A stretch of DNA of 17,867 nt from a virus (lineage: Duplodnaviria; Heunggongvirae; Uroviricota; Caudoviricetes), in the IMG/VR virus record IMGVR_UViG_3300044294_000233; one strand, given 5' to 3'. This document shows positions 14,625-17,867 of the stretch, piece after piece. The position numbers were made by a program, and so were the translations under genes. How positions within the stretch are numbered: position 1 is the stretch's first letter; each line of letters opens with the position of its first letter. Under the pieces are notes generated by a model that saw only the letters and a program-made list of their open reading frames with translations, did not search any database and had not been told where the DNA came from.

Positions 14625-15465
14625 ATCCGAGTTGGAATTACTTCGTCAGCTTGGGCCGTCAAAACATTCGACTGAATTAATTGATTGCTTGCCGGGCCAT
14701 ACTGCACCTGCCATTGCCAAGATGAGGAACAGAATCGGCGTAGTTATTACGGCTGAGTGTCGTTCTAGGTCTGGCGAAAAGGCCGCTCGGTTTCGCAATG
14801 GCTGCAAACTCGACCAAAACCTTTCCTTGTCTGATTTTGACGACTGCGTTTTTCAGGTACTGATCGGCAGTATGTTGGGCGATGGTTGTGTGACCAAAAG
14901 CGACGACTGCAAAAACTACTTCTTCTGCGAAGGACATGGTTCCAAACAGACTGATTACCTCGAATGGAAAATGAACATCCTGTCGCCTTTCATGTCGCGA
15001 TGGAATTCAAACAAAAAGACGCACATTTCTACGGCCCGTCATCCGATATTTACTTCATTGAGAGATCGATTCTACAAGGCCAGGAAAAACTGCGACAAAA
15101 GCATAATTCCAGTAGACTTGATTTCCAAGCTGAATTTTTTCGGGTTGATGATTTGGTACATGGACGATGGCTACCTGGGGACTACCAGAACCGGCCGTCT
15201 TAGCAATGGACTCAAAAAATCGCCACAACCTTCAATATCAGCCAAAGGATGGGATCGTATCGACTTGGAGAACGCGGTGTCCATTTTGAATCAAAACTTA
15301 GATCTATCAATGTACATCAAGTATTACAAACACAGAAATGGTCAGAACAAGTTAGTTATGCTTGGCAAAAGCAGAGACTTCTTGCTGTCTAAATGGAAGA
15401 CAATTTCACAAGAACGTAAACTGCCGGCTTGTATGTCGTACAAGCTAGAATGCGAGGTTTGATGA
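14405..15465 (+). mobile_element. AT-rich island carrying the homing endonuclease gene (free-standing HEG or intron-like insertion)
   Basis: Local drop in GC and codon bias against a high-GC background, coinciding with the HE ORF and the small upstream ORF. Confidence 0.4.
14605..15462 (+). CDS. LAGLIDADG homing endonuclease (two-motif, monomeric type) with N-terminal Myb/HTH-like extension, 285 aa
   Basis: Two LAGLIDADG motifs: VLIGSMLGDGCV and FFGLMIWYMDDGYL. N-terminal WSESELELLRQL resembles a Myb/SANT-like helix. Codons are markedly more A/T-ending than surrounding genes. A stop lies immediately upstream in frame. Confidence 0.8.
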   Translation: MGKPWSESELELLRQLGPSKHSTELIDCLPGHTAPAIAKMRNRIGVVITAECRSRSGEKAARFRNGCKLDQNLSLSDFDDCVFQVLIGSMLGDGCVTKSDDCKNYFFCEGHGSKQTDYLEWKMNILSPFMSRWNSNKKTHISTARHPIFTSLRDRFYKARKNCDKSIIPVDLISKLNFFGLMIWYMDDGYLGTTRTGRLSNGLKKSPQPSISAKGWDRIDLENAVSILNQNLDLSMYIKYYKHRNGQNKLVMLGKSRDFLLSKWKTISQERKLPACMSYKLECEV

Positions 15466-15821
15466 GTCGTTGTTACCTGTATCTGGCGCGGCGGGACAAA
15501 ATGGGGGCCAGAGTGGTCACGGTGCTGGACGGCCCGCAGCGACCGCCAATCCGACTCGTTGATCTGGAATCTCTGAAACTGCCCCCGACGATTCATGCGA
15601 GTGTCGAGAAGATCATTTACGACAATCGCATGTATTGGGAGCCGTGGATCGAGTCGGCCGAACACTACCAAGAGTTGAGGAAGAAACTACACGCCAGGGG
15701 TTTTCAAGGGCTGTATCCGAGTTGCAAACCCTTGTTCGACGGCACCTCTTTCTTGCTGCCGCCGAAGGCCGACCTGAAGAAGCACCCGAAGAAGAAGACG
15801 ATGTTGACGAGGAAGTCTTAG
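15462..15821 (+). CDS. Hypothetical protein, 119 aa, Lys-rich C-terminus; start overlaps HE stop (TGATG)
   Basis: Start at Met12 of track ORF 15429..15821, so it does not overlap the HE body. Codon usage back to the GC-rich style. Confidence 0.4.
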   Translation: MSRCYLYLARRDKMGARVVTVLDGPQRPPIRLVDLESLKLPPTIHASVEKIIYDNRMYWEPWIESAEHYQELRKKLHARGFQGLYPSCKPLFDGTSFLLPPKADLKKHPKKKTMLTRKS

Positions 15822-16093
15822 CGGACGCTTTTCCGGTTGGTGTAGAACGTGCCTGCCCCCGCGTCGATCAACAGGTGGTCCCCGTCTTGACTGATCACAG
15901 TTCCGCCCTTGCGGTAGAACTGCCTTACGGACTCGTACAGGTCGCCCTGATCGGACTCCGCGACCTGTAACAGCTTCTTGGGCGACAACGCCGAAGACAC
16001 TCTCTTGCCTTCGAGGTTCTTGGACCCGGCGTCCTGGCCTTCGATCCACTTTCTGAAATCGCTAAGTGACAATGGGTGTTTACCCTTTTCCAT
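15818..16093 (-). CDS. Hypothetical protein, 91 aa
   Basis: ORF starting 5 nt after the stop of upstream gene 16098..16937. GGAG lies just upstream, though the spacing is short. Ends with a 4-nt convergent overlap with gene 15462..15821. Confidence 0.45.
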   Translation of the reverse strand: MEKGKHPLSLSDFRKWIEGQDAGSKNLEGKRVSSALSPKKLLQVAESDQGDLYESVRQFYRKGGTVISQDGDHLLIDAGAGTFYTNRKSVR

Positions 16094-16097
16094 ACTC

Positions 16098-16937
16098 CTA
16101 CTTTCCCTGGAAGAAACGGCTCAAATCCTCCAGGGGTATATACGTTGCAACCTTCAACTTCGGGCCGACCGAGTGCTGTACCGTCTTGCAGCCGTTGTTT
16201 TGAGACAGCCAATACAGATTGCCGTCGATCAGTTTGTTTGCGGTCAGGTGCTGTGGATAGTACCACTTCCCGTCCTCACTCTGCTCGCTGCCCTGCCTCT
16301 GCTCATCGAACGCTTCGTCGCAGAAAGCCAGAGCCAGCTTCTGAACCCCGAACTTGTGCAGAAGGTTGATGGCGGCACAAACCGGGTTGCGGTAGTCATC
16401 GATCTTGTACTTACAGTCCCTGTTCTCGACCCCGCAGTACCATGCGTCACTCGACGGACAGTACCTGTACTTCATTCCGGTGTAGCCCTTCAAGAACTCG
16501 CTGTTCGCGCGAGTCGAAGCGATACACTTGGTCGTCGTTGACCTCGGTAGATAGCTCTGAGCTTCCGAATAAGGGTTGTTGACGACGTAGAAATTGGGAC
16601 TTCTTTTTGTCGATTTCCATTTGGACAAACTCCCGTTGACCGCGAAGATCAACACGTCCTTCGGCAAGGCCGCGATTTGCTCGTGACCCGACTCGAAGTC
16701 GAAGCCGTCCGAAACGATTACCGCCTTGTTGACGCTCAAATTCTCCGTGTCGATCCACGGGTACTTGGCCCGCATCGACCACTGCTCGTTCTTGAGGATC
16801 AGCGGGTAGTCGGCGGTTGACAAAAGTCGGTTGATGTCTTTGTACGGAACCCCGCTGACGCCGGGGTTCCGTACCCACAAGTCGTCTCCGACGTGCAGGT
16901 ACTGGTTCTTGTTCGCGTGTTTTTTCAGTCTGTACAC
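16098..16937 (-). CDS. Hypothetical protein, 279 aa; tentative resemblance to DUF115 / MptE-like (Maf-like) putative transferase family
   Basis: GTG start with GGAGGTAAG immediately upstream. Segment KAVIVSDGFDFES...LIFAVNGS loosely matches the aivvgsGPS ... iifavN signature of that family. The family assignment is low-confidence. Confidence 0.5.
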   Translation of the reverse strand: MYRLKKHANKNQYLHVGDDLWVRNPGVSGVPYKDINRLLSTADYPLILKNEQWSMRAKYPWIDTENLSVNKAVIVSDGFDFESGHEQIAALPKDVLIFAVNGSLSKWKSTKRSPNFYVVNNPYSEAQSYLPRSTTTKCIASTRANSEFLKGYTGMKYRYCPSSDAWYCGVENRDCKYKIDDYRNPVCAAINLLHKFGVQKLALAFCDEAFDEQRQGSEQSEDGKWYYPQHLTANKLIDGNLYWLSQNNGCKTVQHSVGPKLKVATYIPLEDLSRFFQGK

Positions 16938-16938
16938 C

Positions 16939-17867
16939 TTACCTCCTACACGGTACGAATCTGACGCACTGGCCCTCGCCCTCGTCGTCGCTGAGTAGTT
17001 TGCTCATGTCGAGTTCGACCTTGTGCGTGATCGGGTCGCCACGGTACACCATTTCCACTTCCGGCTTCTCTGGCAGGACCAAGTGGATCGCGGTCGGGAC
17101 GTTGCTGACCAAGTGGATCGCGGTCGGCGCACCCACCAGTTGGATCGATTCAGGTACGCCCACCAACTCCATCATCAGCTTCCTCGGCACGTCCTCGGCC
17201 ATTCGCAATTCGATGAACTCAGGTACGTCCTTGTTCTTCAAGAAAATGAATTCCGGTACGTTAGTCGCCCTCAGTTCAAAGAACTCAGGCAGGTTGTGTT
17301 TCAAAGAGATCTCGTTCGGAATCGGCGTCTCGGCCTTGATTTCGATGTAGGTCGGCAACGTGGTTCCGCGAACCTCGATGAACATTGGCAGATCGTGTAC
17401 CAGTCTCATGTCCGGTATTTCCGGCACCACGACCTTGATCTCGGACGGGATGCCGATGTCTTGCGCGGTTACCAGCGGAGGGTCCGACTGGAAGCTGTCA
17501 ACGAAGCTCTCCTCGAACCCGCCCGACATCATCGCCATCGGCGTCACCGACGTACTTCCGCAACTGACCGTGACCACGCAACTCAGAACCGGCACCGGGT
17601 TCCAGTTCACGTCGATTACCGTGGGGACGTTCGCGTTGTATGCGAAGATTGAAGTCGGGATGTTGATGTTGTACCCCAAGATCGAAGTCGGGATATTGAC
17701 GTTGTATGCCAAGATCGAAGTCGGGATATTGACGTTGTACGCCAAGATCGAAGTCGGGATGTCAACGTTGTACGCCAAGATCGAGGTCGGGAAAGACCCG
17801 TAGACGTTGATCGAGGTCGGGAAAGATCCGTAGACGTTAATCGTTGTCGGGATGTTCGCGTAAACAT
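16939..17867 (-). CDS. Tandem-repeat protein (11-aa repeats (A/G)YN(V/I)NIPTSIL, then degenerate 11-12 aa xPEFIELRxxx repeats), 5' end beyond window; probable fiber or beta-solenoid structural protein
   Basis: The frame stays open to the window edge. The track Met at 17778 is internal. At least eight 11-aa repeats are visible (VYGSFPTSIN, AYNVDIPTSIL, AYNVNIPTSIL, ...). Its stop is 1 nt before the start of the next gene. Confidence 0.6.
   Translation of the reverse strand, partial: VYANIPTTINVYGSFPTSINVYGSFPTSILAYNVDIPTSILAYNVNIPTSILAYNVNIPTSILGYNINIPTSIFAYNANVPTVIDVNWNPVPVLSCVVTVSCGSTSVTPMAMMSGGFEESFVDSFQSDPPLVTAQDIGIPSEIKVVVPEIPDMRLVHDLPMFIEVRGTTLPTYIEIKAETPIPNEISLKHNLPEFFELRATNVPEFIFLKNKDVPEFIELRMAEDVPRKLMMELVGVPESIQLVGAPTAIHLVSNVPTAIHLVLPEKPEVEMVYRGDPITHKVELDMSKLLSDDEGEGQCVRFVPCRR
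17635..17867. repeat. 33-bp (and 30-bp) tandem DNA repeats, at least 7 units, coding for the 11-aa protein repeats
   Basis: Units such as gttgtatgccaagatcgaagtcgggatattgac recur head-to-tail with a few substitutions. They continue to the window edge. Confidence 0.8.

Noticed and set aside
14605-15462. Homing endonuclease as an intein
   Set aside because: The HE frame starts immediately after an in-frame stop and ends ...KLECEV-stop without the C-terminal His-Asn plus Cys/Ser/Thr splice junction. It is not in frame with its flanking ORFs.
17000-17803. Plus-strand ORFs 17000..17350, 17023..17652 and 17360..17803, antisense to the repeat-protein gene
   Set aside because: Open frames persist on both strands because of the tandem repeats. 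The sense (minus) frame gives a clean periodic protein and is in operon with downstream genes. The plus-frame products are degenerate.
17635-17867. Possibility that the 33-bp tandem repeats are a CRISPR array
   Set aside because: The units are contiguous with no unique spacers between them. They are in-frame coding repeats (11 aa each) and have no palindromic repeat structure.

Overview
This 17.9-kb window is high-GC (roughly 55-60% by eye), tightly packed and mostly organised into operons, with bacterial-type Shine-Dalgarno sites (GGAGG, GGAG). It reads like a tailed-phage or prophage region (possibly a plasmid-prophage) that mixes replication/recombination genes with accessory genes. I can support about 26 protein-coding genes and no rRNA, tRNA or CRISPR.

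The recognisable products are:
- an M4 thermolysin-family Zn metallopeptidase (HEFFH ... EAFAD) carrying a Cys-rich C-terminal tail;
- an extreme poly-aspartate protein (about 80% Asp with W/F/L every 6-10 residues), directly downstream of the peptidase in the same operon;
- a Cas4/RecB-like PD-(D/E)xK nuclease with a C-terminal Cys cluster;
- a DnaG-type primase (Zn-ribbon plus TOPRIM);
- an actin/MreB/ParM-fold ATPase flanked by small unknown genes;
- a GT9 (heptosyltransferase-like) glycosyltransferase;
- a free-standing double-motif LAGLIDADG homing endonuclease sitting in an AT-rich island;
- a protein built from 11-aa tandem repeats (33-bp DNA repeats) that runs off the 3' end of the window.

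Non-coding signals are a clear rho-independent terminator (minus strand, 13084-13103 stem), two sigma70-like promoters placed unusually close to their start codons, a perfect 26-bp palindrome, a palindrome-dense 219-bp intergenic region, and a 15-nt identical 5' module (TATATAC ... ATGGAAACCAAGAAA) that starts two plus-strand genes.

The candidate I would look at first as a possibly undescribed system is the plus-strand operon 1476-4137: an intracellular thermolysin-like protease, then a polyanionic Asp protein, then a W-rich protein. Their function is unknown; a DNA-mimic anti-defence role for the Asp protein is one hypothesis. A basic K/R/P-rich protein is encoded convergently at 4139-4408.

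All functional calls come from motif recognition by eye. No database search was possible.
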